A stretch of DNA of 64,000 nucleotides from Octopus sinensis (lineage: Eukaryota): positions 35,464,001 to 35,528,000 of the forward strand of contig NC_042997.1 in assembly GCF_006345805.1 (NCBI RefSeq), given 5' to 3'. The notes under the pieces were generated by a model. It searched no databases. It saw nothing but the letters and a program-made list of their open reading frames with translations, and was not told where the DNA came from. How positions within the stretch are numbered: position 1 is the first letter of the stretch; each line of letters opens with the position of its first letter. Below are positions 25,690 to 38,748 of the stretch, one piece after another. The translations under genes and the position numbers were made by a program.

Positions 25690-26290
25690 ATAAGATAGAT
25701 AGTCCATCGTTGTTTGATGACGACAAAATCTGTAATCTCAGCAATGTATCGCATGCGACTCCGCAGTCCTAAGTGGGAAGCACAGAGTCCCACACAAATA
25801 CCACAGCGATAGTCTGTAGACTGGATTGAGGCGGATAGTACCCTGTGCCACCATTTTCTTTCAGCATTGAGACGCTGTAGCCAGTCCTCTTGATGGTAGC
25901 TGCTTCTCATGAGGCGAGAGATCTACAGGCTGTACTACCTGCGGAAGAAGATTCGAGTTTGTGTGGGCAAATGATGCTCCGTCCGTTTGAGGTTACTTTT
26001 CAGATAGTGTGCGTACCTCAGTTTAGGTCTTCATTAGTTTGCGTGAGCCCTACAAGAGCTCGTTGTACAACAGATGTCTGGGTACATGGTTGGCAGTTGT
26101 ACTATTATACTGAAAAATAGTAAATATTCCCTATATTTTTTGAGTAAATTTTCTCAACATAAGCGCCGCTAGTGTTGTAAACATCGCATCCTCGCCAGCA
26201 CATACTGAACGTAAGAAAAAAGCTGGCATGCTGTGTGTTAGCGTGAGGAGACTGATTCCCTGAAACCGCCCTGGTCTTTTATCAACCGGT
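25690..26290 (-). mobile_element. RTE-clade LINE 3' fragment
   Basis: Minus-strand HVPRHLLYNELL.GSR...KLRYAHYLKSNLKR and the C-terminal cysteine motif YRCGICVGLCASHLGLRSRMR, typical of RTE/BovB-like ORF ends. Confidence 0.75.
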
Positions 26291-26298
26291 GCTTTGAG

Positions 26299-26366
<68 letters not shown>

Positions 26367-27363
26367 GTATATATATGTATGTATGTATGTATCATATTGA
26401 TATGACAGGAGTGCACTCCAACCGAGGTTGCATAAGACCTAGTGTCGTAGGTCATGGCGTCGTGCTCTGATGACTTGTGACATAATGGCTGACAAGTTTA
26501 TTGAATATTATTATTTCTCACATTAAATGCTTCACAAATATCAGTGCAAATATGAGATAATCTCTATAAGCCGAATTTTCTTCCATTCATAACAACTTTA
26601 GTTAATGCAAACAAGTTATACCCCCCCCCCACACACACACATAAACTGACATTTATTCGTATGGCCAGCCATAAAATCTAAAGCCATTAGAAGGCATATG
26701 GTATGTGAATAGCAAGAAGGGCGCAGAGGTGGTGAAAAGAATATATGAAAAGTTTAAGAGGAGTAAGCAATGTAGTTCGCTATACGTGTACCAGGTGTGC
26801 GATGGACTGTTGTGTTGAACTGTAATTTAAAAAATCAGTTGTATGTCCAACAAGTTGGTATTTGCTTAATTCATATTTTTAATATTTGGCGTTGTAAAAG
26901 CTGTTTCTTTTTTGGGTCTCTCAAATTATACTTATATGCAAGCACTGGCACACCCACATACGCACACATACACTCAAGCAAACAAATGCATACATGCATT
27001 CATATTTATAAAAACGCTCAGATATGCTCTTCGTATGTTGAGTAATGTTCTTCGATAAAACACATGCACTTAATAGCTTCATGTCATAAGTACATACACC
27101 CTCCTCACACTTATGTGCTCATATGTGTGTGTATGTGTGTGTATTTGTGAAACTCGTACATCCGTTTGCTTTTCATATTAAATTACCTTTATTTCTAATT
27201 AGGAGAGACGTCTTCTCAAACGAGTTAAGATATGTTTTTTATCAATTGAGTCCTGGATATAACCACAATGATTTACAATAATAACGTATTCTTAAACATT
27301 CACTCGTACTTTCGGTAATTGCAGAATTCATTTCACCATACACACACACACACACACACACCA

Positions 27364-27447
<84 letters not shown>

Positions 27448-27459
27448 TGTGAAATGGTG

Positions 27460-27780
27460 AACGTGCGTGAGTATGTGGTTAGGGTATTTGGCTCAGGGTC
27501 ATAATGTCGTGAGTTCGATACTCGCCGGAGAGCTGTCCTTGCGCAAAATATTTTACTTCCTAGTTCTCCAGTCAATCCAGCTGACAAGAATGATATATAC
27601 CTGTAATTCAATTGGCCAGATCAATCGCATTCTATGTCATGCTGATTCTTCCTCAGAACTAAGTTAGCGGTGCACGTTTCTATGGAATGCTCAGTTACAT
27701 GCACCTTAATTTCACGAGCAGGCTGTGCGGTTGTTCGCTTCAATTTGAACTCTCATCGACCTAACCAACGGACTGCGAAT
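27460..27780 (+). mobile_element. diverged SINE, family C-related
   Basis: tRNA-like head (gtggttagggtatttggctc...gagttcgatact) and shared 3' core aatttcacgagcaggctg. Confidence 0.65.
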
Positions 27781-29380
27781 ACGTATATGATTCTTTGGAA
27801 GTAGGTAAGACATTACCTAACGGTTAGTTTGCAGATGTATTTTATGAAGGTTATTTGAGATGTATTGTTATTTTCACAAAATTGTACAAATTGTTATATT
27901 CTTATTTTGTCAAACAGTGCAGTGCCGTTTCAACTTAATGTTAATAATGAAAAATTTAATGTACAATATTCAAAACTATTGTTTTTGTATACAATTTTCA
28001 TTGTTAATGGTCTCATCTCTGATGAAAAAAAATATTGCATTTTAATATCCATCATAGTAAGATCCTCAAACAGAGGCATAACCTGTAATTGTGTAGCAAA
28101 GTCGACTAGAATGAATACATGATCAAATATGTCTATGTCGCTGTTTAATGTGTGTCTGGCGTATATATTGATCTAAACATATATATGCGTCGTTTATGAT
28201 ATTGTCTACGCGCCTGTGGACGTTTAGGTGTATATGAGGAATGGTAAATATGACACATCCAAGTAAATAATGTGTATAATAGTGGATGAGATCATGTATT
28301 GTGAGAAATGGGCGAGAAAATGTGTGGAAACCACAAGAAAGAAAGATACCGAGCAAATAGGAGACAGTAAAAAAGATAAAAGTATAGTACAGAAACGACA
28401 GCTAAATTTGATTACTTTGAAGTTGCAAAAGACGGAGGATAGTATTAAAAGAGAATTAGAAGACATGTAAGAGAATATGTATTAGTATGACTTGACTAAA
28501 GAAATATGTTGAAAGCTAAGAGGATGTAATGTTCAGAGAAATCACATAGACAACACACACACACATACATGTATATATACATATATATATACATACATAC
28601 ATATATATATAAACAGGTATATAGAATGTGTAAGGAGGATGAGGGAGATGAGCTACAAAATTATTAACTGAAAGAGACTGAAAATGAACGAGTGTAATGA
28701 ATATAAGCGAATACAGCTTAGAAGATGAAAGTGGGCTTCAGGGGATTCTTTGCATCTAAATAATATGCAATAACTGATTTAATGTACATACAAGGCTGAA
28801 GGTTGGTGGTATTTGGCAGCTTCAATAAAAGAATGAAGTAATGACTAGCTACAGTTTAGAGATCAGTAGAGAAAATATCATAAAGAGGGAATCTGGATTA
28901 ATAGGTCAAATATCGATAATATGGAGAGAAAAAAAGAAAATTAGACAAATTATGATTTACATATTTGGCACAAGGACATGCAGCCTTAGGACAATCAATA
29001 TAATTGATTCTTGTGTTGGGCGAACATACATTTTACAGGAAGGAATGATGAAAGTGAATGTAGAGCGAAGCTATAAAGAAATTTGGTATATATAGGGACG
29101 TACGAATATTAATTACTAATAGGCTGACACATTGCAGCAATGATTGCGTATATCGTCCACTCTTTTTTCCAATGCTTCTTCATAGAGTTACTGCAACTTG
29201 TGGATAAAAATTCTATAGTTAGACAAAACAGAATATAGAATGTTTACAAAATAATTAATATTCACGAGAGAATGTGTCGACAATATTTCACACATCATGA
29301 CTATGATTAGTTCATGGCTAAAGAGAATAAGAATTTATAAACCTATGTACTTACACATATACATTCATGTATGTGTGGTC

Positions 29381-29454
<74 letters not shown>

Positions 29455-29814
29455 GTCCACACATCTCTAATCGGAATTGTTGGTTATGGCTGGTCAGGGT
29501 GTGACCATAAGTTTCGCACTTAGAAAGTTATTTGCGATATTGGTCCCCCAGAAAACTCTTTGGCCGGAGGCCCATAGTCTTATCAGTCATAATTGTGAAA
29601 GGAAACACAAAACGAAATTCTAATGAGGGATGTACCCGTTGTCCTCTTCCAGTTTCGTTCGAAACTGGTCACTACCTAAGCGGTTTTCTTTTGCTAGTCG
29701 GCAAGTGAACTAATCTGTGTTCCAACACCAATTTCCTTTGATGAGGGCACCGTCTAAACACATCATTTTTGGTATTGAAGAGGTCCAAAACATTGTCATA
29801 AAGGTTCAGCATTT

Positions 29815-30155
29815 TTCTGCAGCATGCCTTTGCTGATCTTGGATGTCTCATCTCTCATCTCTACTGAGACTCCATTTGACATGCTGCACCATTCGTTTGC
29901 TGATCTTGGGAACGCCTTTTTCTCCCTTCTGTATTGAGACTCCATCTGATGGGCTGCAGCAAGCCTTTACTGATCTTGGGAAAGTCTCACATTGCTTCTG
30001 TCTTGAGAATCTATTTGATATACTGTAGCATGCGCTTGCTATTCGTGCGAAATTCTCCTCTCTTTTCTCTATTGAAACTTCATTTGACCTTCTGCAGCAT
30101 GCGTTTGCTGTTCATGAGAAACTCGCTTCTCCCTTCTGTCTTGAGACACTCGATT
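29815..30155 (-). repeat. five ~69-bp tandem units encoding a decayed 23-aa repeat; Helitron RepHel N-terminal-like
   Basis: Minus-strand frame VSQDRREKRVSHEQQTHAAEGQM / DSQDRSNVRLSQDQ*RLAAAHQM / ESQYRREK.RSQDQQTNGAACQM. Confidence 0.55.
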
Positions 30156-32059
30156 TTGGTTTTCAACAATCCTCCTTGTTTTATATTTGTTTCTGGAGAG
30201 AGTACTTTTATTTCCATTTGGTGGCATACACTGACACACCATTCCGATGTGATGGCCGTGTGGTCTGAAAGTTGACGATGCCTAATGTTGTTCACATTAG
30301 GAAATTGATTATTCATATGATCTTAGTGATATCGCATCATGAATAATAGTGAAAGAATAAAAGTGAAACAATAACATACAACATTACAATATAGATGTTA
30401 TTCATTCACTTATAACACGTGATACCGAACCAGTGCCAATGAAATAAGTTACATGTTGACACTCACGTGATCTGATGCTATTATCTTGTAAAATTACATT
30501 TTGTTTGGTAGAGCCGTCCGAGAATGCATAGGGAGCAGACAAACAAAGAATCATATTTCACTGAAAAATCAGAGAAAATTCTAATACGTGTGTATATTTA
30601 AAGGGCTAAGACTACCACTATGTGTTCAGCCGTATGCTAGAAGTAGATCACCTACGATCCAACTACAAAGAAAAGAATGTTCTCTAGAGAAAACATTTAG
30701 CGGACACCAGAACAATATGCGTGCAAGACAGATGAAAATTATACATATATATATATATGTATATATATATATGACCTGTAGATTCTTGCTCAGCATTCTG
30801 TACCGCGTTCTAACGGTTCTGCCTGCTCACCGTCTTCTTTTTATGTACAATAATGATGTCTATCAAATGCACAAGACCAGTCCGTTCGGATGAGGCGTAA
30901 GTCGATCAGCCCCTGTGCTCAACGGGAACTCACTTTAGCCCCTAAGAGGGTGAAAAGTAGAGTCAGCCTCATTGGAATTTCTGTTCAGATCGTAAAGTCG
31001 GGTGAAATTGCGCCAAGCATTTTGCCCGGCATGCTATCTTTTCTGCCAGCCCATTGCCGTGTCTTTATGTGTAATCATGAGACACTATTAATACAAACAC
31101 CAATGGTTTTATGTTACGAAATACTTTCTTTCTATTGAGTATTTATTACGTAACAGCAACATTTCATCCGTCCCCTCATGGTTTAGCTGTATCTTGTTTC
31201 AAGGAATTGGAAATTTGTTCTTTGTGAAATACTTAATTGCATTTATTCCCTGCAGAAATTTATGGGAGAAAATGCCGAAACACGAATACTCAAGTGATCG
31301 ATATATGAATAAATACTTGTTAAAATATTGTATTGGATAAGATAGCTGTTTCTATTCCATAAATCAGGACATTTAGAGTGAAGGAAGCTAGAATTTTTTA
31401 CTATTATTATTTTTTTTTATTCAAAGCTATTGCTGAGATATATGGAAGATCAGAGTGTGGTAGTGTAATTGCGTTGTTCATGAGTTTGAAGAGCACGAAT
31501 GCGAGCAAAGGTCGAAGTGATATTTTTCGGCATTCGTACTTACCAATTGATTTTTTCTTAAAATAAACTTTGGCATGAAAAGAAAGAGAGTATTGTTCGG
31601 TAACTGCTATTTCAGGGCTAAAAATATTTGGGAATAAGGAATTTTCATTCGGCATGGATATAGATATATTCTGTACCTAAATACATCTAGGTTATTTTTA
31701 AACTAAATTCGTATTTATGGAATAAAGAAAACCTGATTGCAAAAATATCTTCTTTTAAAGAGAACAAATATATATTCTTTGAAAGAACATACAATTTTAT
31801 GACAATTATGGGAAAAAGTATTAATTTGTTGTCTGACGTATCAATCAAATTTGTTATAATAATTCAGTAAATAGAGGATGGAAACGCTGCTCAATATGGT
31901 CTGATCACAGATCCCTTATGATTATATTATTATATATAATAGAAAAGTTTCCCTATATTTCGAGCTTATTCTTTGAAAATTTCATAAAATCTTTATGTCC
32001 AAACCGGAATAATGGCATAGCAATATTCAGGCCAGTATCCTCTGTCTTTGTTCTCCCCC

Positions 32060-32304
32060 ACCCCCCTTTTATATTTTTCACTAATTTGACTGCGGCAATG
32101 TTGGTGCAACTCCTTGAAAGATTTTATTCGAACAAATCCACACTACCACTTATTTTTTAAAGCCTTATACACACTATTAGGTCTCTGTTGCTGAACCATT
32201 AAGTTACAGGGATGTAAACACACCACCACCGGTTGTTAATCGGTGGTGAGAGACCAAAACAGGCAGAGACTCTCACAAACACACACCCTCCTACATACAC
32301 ACAC

Positions 32305-32338
<34 letters not shown>

Positions 32339-32778
32339 GCTTGTATATATATGTATATGTATATATCTATATCTATATCTATATATCTATCTACCCATAC
32401 TATTTTCCTTGTTTCAGTCATTTGACTGCAGCCATGCTGGAGCACCGCCTTTAATCGAGCAAATCGACCCCGGGACTTATTCTTTTGTAAGCATGGTACT
32501 TATTCTATCGGTCTCTTTTGCCGAACCGCTAAGTAACGGGGGCATAAACACACCAGCATCGGTTGTCAAGCAATGCTAGGGGGGACAAACACAGACACAC
32601 AAACACACACACGCATACATATACATATATACGACGGGCTTCTTTCAGTTTCCGTCTACCAAATCCACTCACAAGGCTTTGGTTAGCCCGAGGCTATAGT
32701 AGAAGACACTTGCCAAAGCTGCCACGCAGTTGGACTGAACCTGGAACCATGTGGTTGGTAAACAAGCTACTTACCACA
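32060..32778 (-). mobile_element. two family B SINE copies (partial 32060-32290; near complete 32403-32778)
   Basis: Reverse-complement matches to family B. Confidence 0.88.
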
Positions 32779-32859
32779 TACATACATACATACATACATA
32801 TATACATGGATTTATATGGACAATACCATACAAAATTCTTAAGTACCATATCCGTCTGG

Positions 32860-33255
32860 ATCTAAAGTTTGCTGAACTGATATATATCAATTGGTGATGA
32901 TACACTCAGATCGTTGATGTAGTATTATCAAATGACATGACTATTTTGAGTAAAGAGATTGAAAAAAATCCCCAAGTACTCCGAATTGAAGCTGGCAATG
33001 ACAATATTCTATGGAACGCGAGAGGGTAATACAAAATTGATACCAATGGTGATCGGAGCGTTGGGCACAATTCTATGCCAAAATATTGAACAAATATTGT
33101 TAGCAAAATCATTGAAATAAAAGGATCTTCAAATGAAAACTAAGGTGTGTATTATGAAATACAATTCGTTCCAGTGTCTGCGGTCATTGTTGTTACTTGC
33201 TGAATGCCTAAAGACTATGGTTCATTTTTACCTACATTGTGTTATGAAGAAATAA
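32860..33255 (+). mobile_element. second, more decayed R4/Dong-type RLE LINE 3' fragment
   Basis: Frameshifted IVDVVLSNDMTILSKEIEK.PKYSELKL...KLIPMVIGALGTI matches the RLE D...EKxxKY...IGALG motif; ends at the (TAA)n array 33258-33365. Confidence 0.65.
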
Positions 33256-33257
33256 TA

Positions 33258-33269
33258 ATGATACAAATG

Positions 33270-33336
<67 letters not shown>

Positions 33337-33370
33337 TAATAATAATAATGATGATGATGATGATGATGAT
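33258..33370. repeat. (TAA)n-(TGA)n array
   Basis: Direct reading. Confidence 0.95.
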
Positions 33371-33371
33371 A

Positions 33372-33684
33372 GTTTCAAAAGTTGCCCCAATTGCAGACGT
33401 TTTGGTGAGGTGAAGTGTCGATTACATCGACCCAAATGTTAAACTGGAACGTAATTTACTGCTCACAAGAGGCTAAACACAGAGAGGACAAACAAGGACA
33501 GACAAACCAAACGGATTAAGTCGATTATATCGACCCCAGTGTGTAACTTGTACTTATTTAATCGACCCCGAAAGGATGACAGGCAAAGTCACCCTCGGCG
33601 GAATTTGAACTCAGAACGTAACGGCAGACGCAATACCGTTAAGTATTTCGCCTGACGTGCTAACGATTCTGCCATTCGCTTCCT
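33372..33684 (-). mobile_element. SINE family A
   Basis: Reverse-complement match to 15167-15400. Confidence 0.88.
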
Positions 33685-35256
33685 TAATAACATTATCCAC
33701 GATTGATATTTATATACAATATGGACATATACGTTACAAATTATTTTGCATAATTCATGAGCTGCACATTCCGTGTGGTGTACATGTTGTTTGAAGTGTT
33801 ATATTCGCGCTATGTCAACTGTGTAGAGTACGTCTAAGATTTGTTATGAGACTTGTCGTCGTTATAGCATCGTATATAAGTAAATATACAAGTTTCCACT
33901 GGTGTTATGGCGACTGATTTTTTCATAGTATACTCTTTACCATTTTTAACATTACATTAGGTACTTATCGTATAGGAAAAACAGTGTTGGCGAGTTAGTT
34001 TATAGAGTTTTAGTGCACTGGTAGGTTTAGGTAGCGAATAACCCTATAACTCCTGAAATGGTTTGAATACTTTTGTTGAAATTCTATTTTTGCCATACCA
34101 CGTATAGTAAATGGCAACGAACGAATTGTATTTCATGTAACCCGTTTATCTTAATTTGAAGATCCTTGCATTTCAAGGATTTTGCTAAAAATGTTTGCCT
34201 AATATTTTGGCCAGAAACGTCCTATATACGTGTGCATATGTGGGGGGTGTATCTGTATTCATATATTATCAATCCAATTCTTCCTGTACTATGTGTCTAT
34301 TTCGACTGCGCCAATCTCTTTGTCGGCTTGCAGATATATTACATGCGATCTTGAATGATTCATGTTTTTGCCATGTTTTAAACATCGCAAATACGAAGGT
34401 TTCTCATATTATAACGTAGATATAGCGATAGAGTAGATAGAGCACTCTCTGAACATATCTGCCTAAACAAGAAGTAGAAAATCAGATTTGATATTGTCCA
34501 CCATCTAACTGTCACAATCACCGCTTCAATATTCTGTATTTCCTGTTAGAAATGTTATTAATGTTCACTTACATGTTTAAGTATTACATGAAGCAATGAA
34601 AGCAAATAATAGATAGGAAAAGTAATCCATCAAAATTATAAATTGCTTAGTCATTAAAGAATGAGCAGAGACCAAATTCAAAATTACTACGCGAAACACT
34701 ATCCTAACAAAGTACATTCCCTGTAATGTAGTCTTTAATACTTCGTCTGTCTGAATGGTTAGGTGGACAAAACGTTTAGCGGTATTTAGCTCACATTTAC
34801 AACTGCATTCCCCCTCCGCCCAGTCAGACTTTATCTTTCAGGCTTTCGCTGTACTGGGGTTGAGAAAAATCAGCAAAATCTCCAAAATATTCAGGGTTGT
34901 ACTTATCAGATAAAAGATTGCTATTATTGTTGATGCTGGCATGTGTATGCTCGTTTTTGCAAGAATCTGCAGGTTATAAAATGCTTATCGTGAAATTCAC
35001 TCAGCTTTTAATAGATTATTTCGAAATTTATTAAATTATTTTTTTCAAATGACTCATAGTTTTGCGTAGGGAGATACTGCTTAAATAGTTTATAGCGATT
35101 CAAAAAGCCTGTGCTCGTCAGCATTAGTTGGAGTGTGTGTTTGTGTATCGTGTATCTGAGCAAAATATGTAAGTGCATTTTTCTAATTGGTTGACAGAAT
35201 TAGGTATGAAATAAGCACACAAATTTACTCAGAGCCAGACAAATAGACACTCCGCC

Positions 35257-35259
<3 letters not shown>

Positions 35260-35341
<82 letters not shown>

Positions 35342-35354
35342 TATATATATGTAT

Positions 35355-35385
<31 letters not shown>

Positions 35386-35428
35386 GTTATATTTATATAT
35401 ATGTATATATATATGATATATATTTATA

Positions 35429-35459
<31 letters not shown>

Positions 35460-35491
35460 ATATGTATATATATATATATATTTATATATAT

Positions 35492-35522
<31 letters not shown>

Positions 35523-35590
35523 ATATATATATATAGATATATATATATACATATATATATATGTATATATATTATATATATATAGATATA

Positions 35591-35621
<31 letters not shown>

Positions 35622-35659
35622 GTATATATATACATATATATAGACATATATATATATAG

Positions 35660-35704
<45 letters not shown>

Positions 35705-35870
35705 ATAATATAATATATATATACATATATATATAATATATACATTATATATATATATACATATATATATATAACATATATATATAATATACATATATAT
35801 ATATACATATATATATATATGTTATATATATATATTTATGTATATATATATATATATTTATATATATTAC

Positions 35871-35903
<33 letters not shown>

Positions 35904-36031
35904 CATATATATATAATATATATATATATATATTATATATATACATATATATATACATTATATATATATATATATACATATAATATATATATATATATAT
36001 ATACATATATTATATATATATATATACAATA

Positions 36032-36069
<38 letters not shown>

Positions 36070-36180
36070 CATATATACATATATATATATTATACATATA
36101 TATATATCATATATATATACATATATATATAACATATATATATATACATTATATATATATATATATATAGATATATATAC

Positions 36181-36211
<31 letters not shown>

Positions 36212-36246
36212 TGTTATTAATATATATATATATATATATATATATC

Positions 36247-36325
<79 letters not shown>
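35260..36325. repeat. ~1.07-kb interrupted (TA)n tract
   Basis: Direct reading; contains a 30-bp higher-order repeat at 35421-35510. Confidence 0.95.
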
Positions 36326-36337
36326 GTATGTGTATCC

Positions 36338-36630
36338 ATTGCTTGCTGGTGCTCCATCGGTTACGACGACTAGGGATCAACTGGGTCCAATCAACGGAAC
36401 AGGCTGCTCGTGAAAATTACGTGCAAGTCACTGAGCAATCCACAGACACGTATGCCCTTAAACTTGTTCTCATAGTGTGACACGCCTGGCTCTTTGAAAT
36501 ACAGGTACTGCGCACGTTTTGCTTACTGAGTAGACTGGAGCAACGTCAAATAAAGGGACTTGCTCAAGGACAGAAGCGTCACCATACAATCGTGAGCCGA
36601 ATACCGTAACCACTAAGCCACGTGCTTCAC
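36338..36630 (-). mobile_element. SINE, family C-related (shared tail and core, different head)
   Basis: Reverse complement of the family C tail (gctccatcggttacgacgac) and core (caggctgctcgtgaaaatt). Confidence 0.75.
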
Positions 36631-36707
36631 TATGCATGTATACGTATGTAAATACATTCAAGCACACATGTAATGTGTGTGTTTGTGTGTGTGTGTGTGT
36701 GTGTGTA

Positions 36708-36922
36708 AAGCGGCGAGCTGGCGGAAACATTAGCACATCGGGCAAAATGCTTAGAGTTATTTCGTGTTTCTTTACGTTCTGAGTTCAAATTCCGCCGAGG
36801 TCGTCTTCACCTTTCATCCTTTCGGCGTCGATAAATTAAGTAACATCTGCATACTGGGGTCCATCTAATCGATTGGCCCTCTCCCCAAATTTTCGGGCCT
36901 TGTATCTAGAGCAGAAAAGAAA
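36708..36922 (+). mobile_element. SINE family A
   Basis: Head gcggcgagctggcggaaacattagc; B-box gagttcaaattcc. Confidence 0.88.
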
Positions 36923-37544
36923 TATGTGTGTGTGTGTATGTGAGTACGTGTTTTCCCTGTGGGTGCTTATTCACAGACATATTTCTCCCACTTACATACA
37001 CGAGACAATTTGCTATTTGGCTATGTGCTAATGCATACACTAATTTTAACACCAGCTGCGTTGGTGTAAGTAATTATTTCTATACTGTTATGTGCATGGT
37101 CTTTAAAGACACATTTATTTGTACTTTTAATATAACGATCCGACATATACTAATTCATATGTATGTTTACAATACAAATCAATTTTCACACTTTCGCAGA
37201 CTTGTGAATTTTGATTAATTTTGATATAGATGTTGATGCTATGCTGCGTGAATTTATTTTTCAGCATTCTGGTTCTGTTTGCATATTATATATATATATA
37301 GATTTATTTTTTTATTTTCTGATAATTAATCGCAATCAATCAAACAGTAAGCTAGGCCGCAGTTACTCTCTTACTTGTTACTATATCAGTCACACATCGA
37401 CCTCGCTTCACCTTCATCCACCTATTCACGTAATCCTTGCCGTCTGGGATTTGTTTCCCAAGGTAACGGCTGTGTTTCAATTTAAACAAAATGCCAATTG
37501 GAAAAGCAGATGCCATGAAGGTAATAACTAAGTCGGTCGATAGA

Positions 37545-37615
37545 AGAAAAAGAAGAAGAAGAAGAAGAAGAAGAAGAAGAAGAAGAAGAAGAAGAAAGAA
37601 AGAAAGAAAGAATAA
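37545..37615. repeat. (GAA)n/(GAAA)n purine tract
   Basis: Direct reading. Confidence 0.95.
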
Positions 37616-38047
37616 AAGAAAAAATACACATGCACACTCACGCACGCTCTCACATATCCACCCACCCACACACACATAGACACATATATACATGTGTGAT
37701 TATGTGTGTGTGTGTTTAAACCCACACGTCACTAAATACGAACGTATATATATACACATATACATGCAGAAACACATCCATATTCACAAAAATAAAATAC
37801 TATAAAGCGGTACATTTTTATTATGAAAAGATATAATTTACAGGAAGATAACAAGAAATATATCTAAGTTGAATTAGAGCAGACTACGTACTATTCTACA
37901 GCTTCCTTTCAACTACAAACGAAAGCATTCCTAGCAATATTGTGTCACAGATTATGTTCGTATAATACGAACGTGTTGTGTCATTATACTCTTGTGAGTT
38001 ACATGCAGTGTATTAATAATAATGTTACTAGTAACACTTAAGTAAAA

Positions 38048-38748
38048 AACGAAGCAACGAAGAGTGTGAGCAACGATGAGGGTGAGCGACGGAGATCGTG
38101 AGTGAAGAAAGTTGTGAGCGCTGAAGATCATGAGCGACGAAGATTGTGAGCGGTGAAGAGTGTGAACGACGAAGATTTTGAGCGACGATGAGTTTGAGCG
38201 ACGAAGATTGTGAGCGACGAAGATCATGAGCGACAGAGATCGTGAGCGACGAAGAGTGTGAGAGACGAAGATTGTGAGGGAGGAAGATTGTGAGAGACGA
38301 AGAGTGAGAGCGACGAAGATTGTGAGAGACGAAGAGTGTGAGAGACGAAGAATGTGAGAGACGAAGAGTGAGAGCGACGAGGATTGTGAGCGATAAAGAT
38401 TTTGAGCGACGAAGATTGGGAGCGACGAAGATCATGAACGACGAAGATCATGAGCGACGAAGATCGTGAGCGACGAAGATCGTGAGCGACAAAGATTATG
38501 AACGACTAAGAGTTTGAGCAACGAAGAGTTTGAGCAACGAAGATTTTGAGCGACGGAGATTGTCAGCGACGAAGATCATGAGTGACAAATATTGTGAACG
38601 ACGAAGATCGTGAGCGACGACGATTTTGAGCGACGAAGTTCGTCAGCGACGATGACTGTGAACGGCGAAAGTTGTAAAGGACGTAGACTGTGAGAGACGT
38701 AGATATTGAGCGACGAAGATTTTGAGCAACGAAGATTGTGAGCGAATC
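38048..38748. repeat. 16-bp minisatellite, consensus GAGCGACGAAGATTGT, about 40+ units
   Basis: Period-16 recurrence of gagcgacgaaga(t/g)(t/c)(g/a)t; explains the overlapping repetitive ORFs 37952-38451. Confidence 0.95.

Noticed and set aside
26455-26500. CUGAUGA followed by CUUGU/ACAAG stem
   Set aside because: No GAAA after the stem, so not a hammerhead; likewise for CUGAUGA-like hits near 825, 1229, 1700 and 10857.
30782-30900. Apparent exon (tgtAG...GC|GTAAGT)
   Set aside because: Stops in all three frames; the reverse complement is a diverged SINE A head.
38028-38451. 135-aa repetitive ORF, and CRISPR-like appearance of the array
   Set aside because: Contiguous 16-bp minisatellite without unique spacers; 16 is not a multiple of 3; no cas genes; eukaryotic context.
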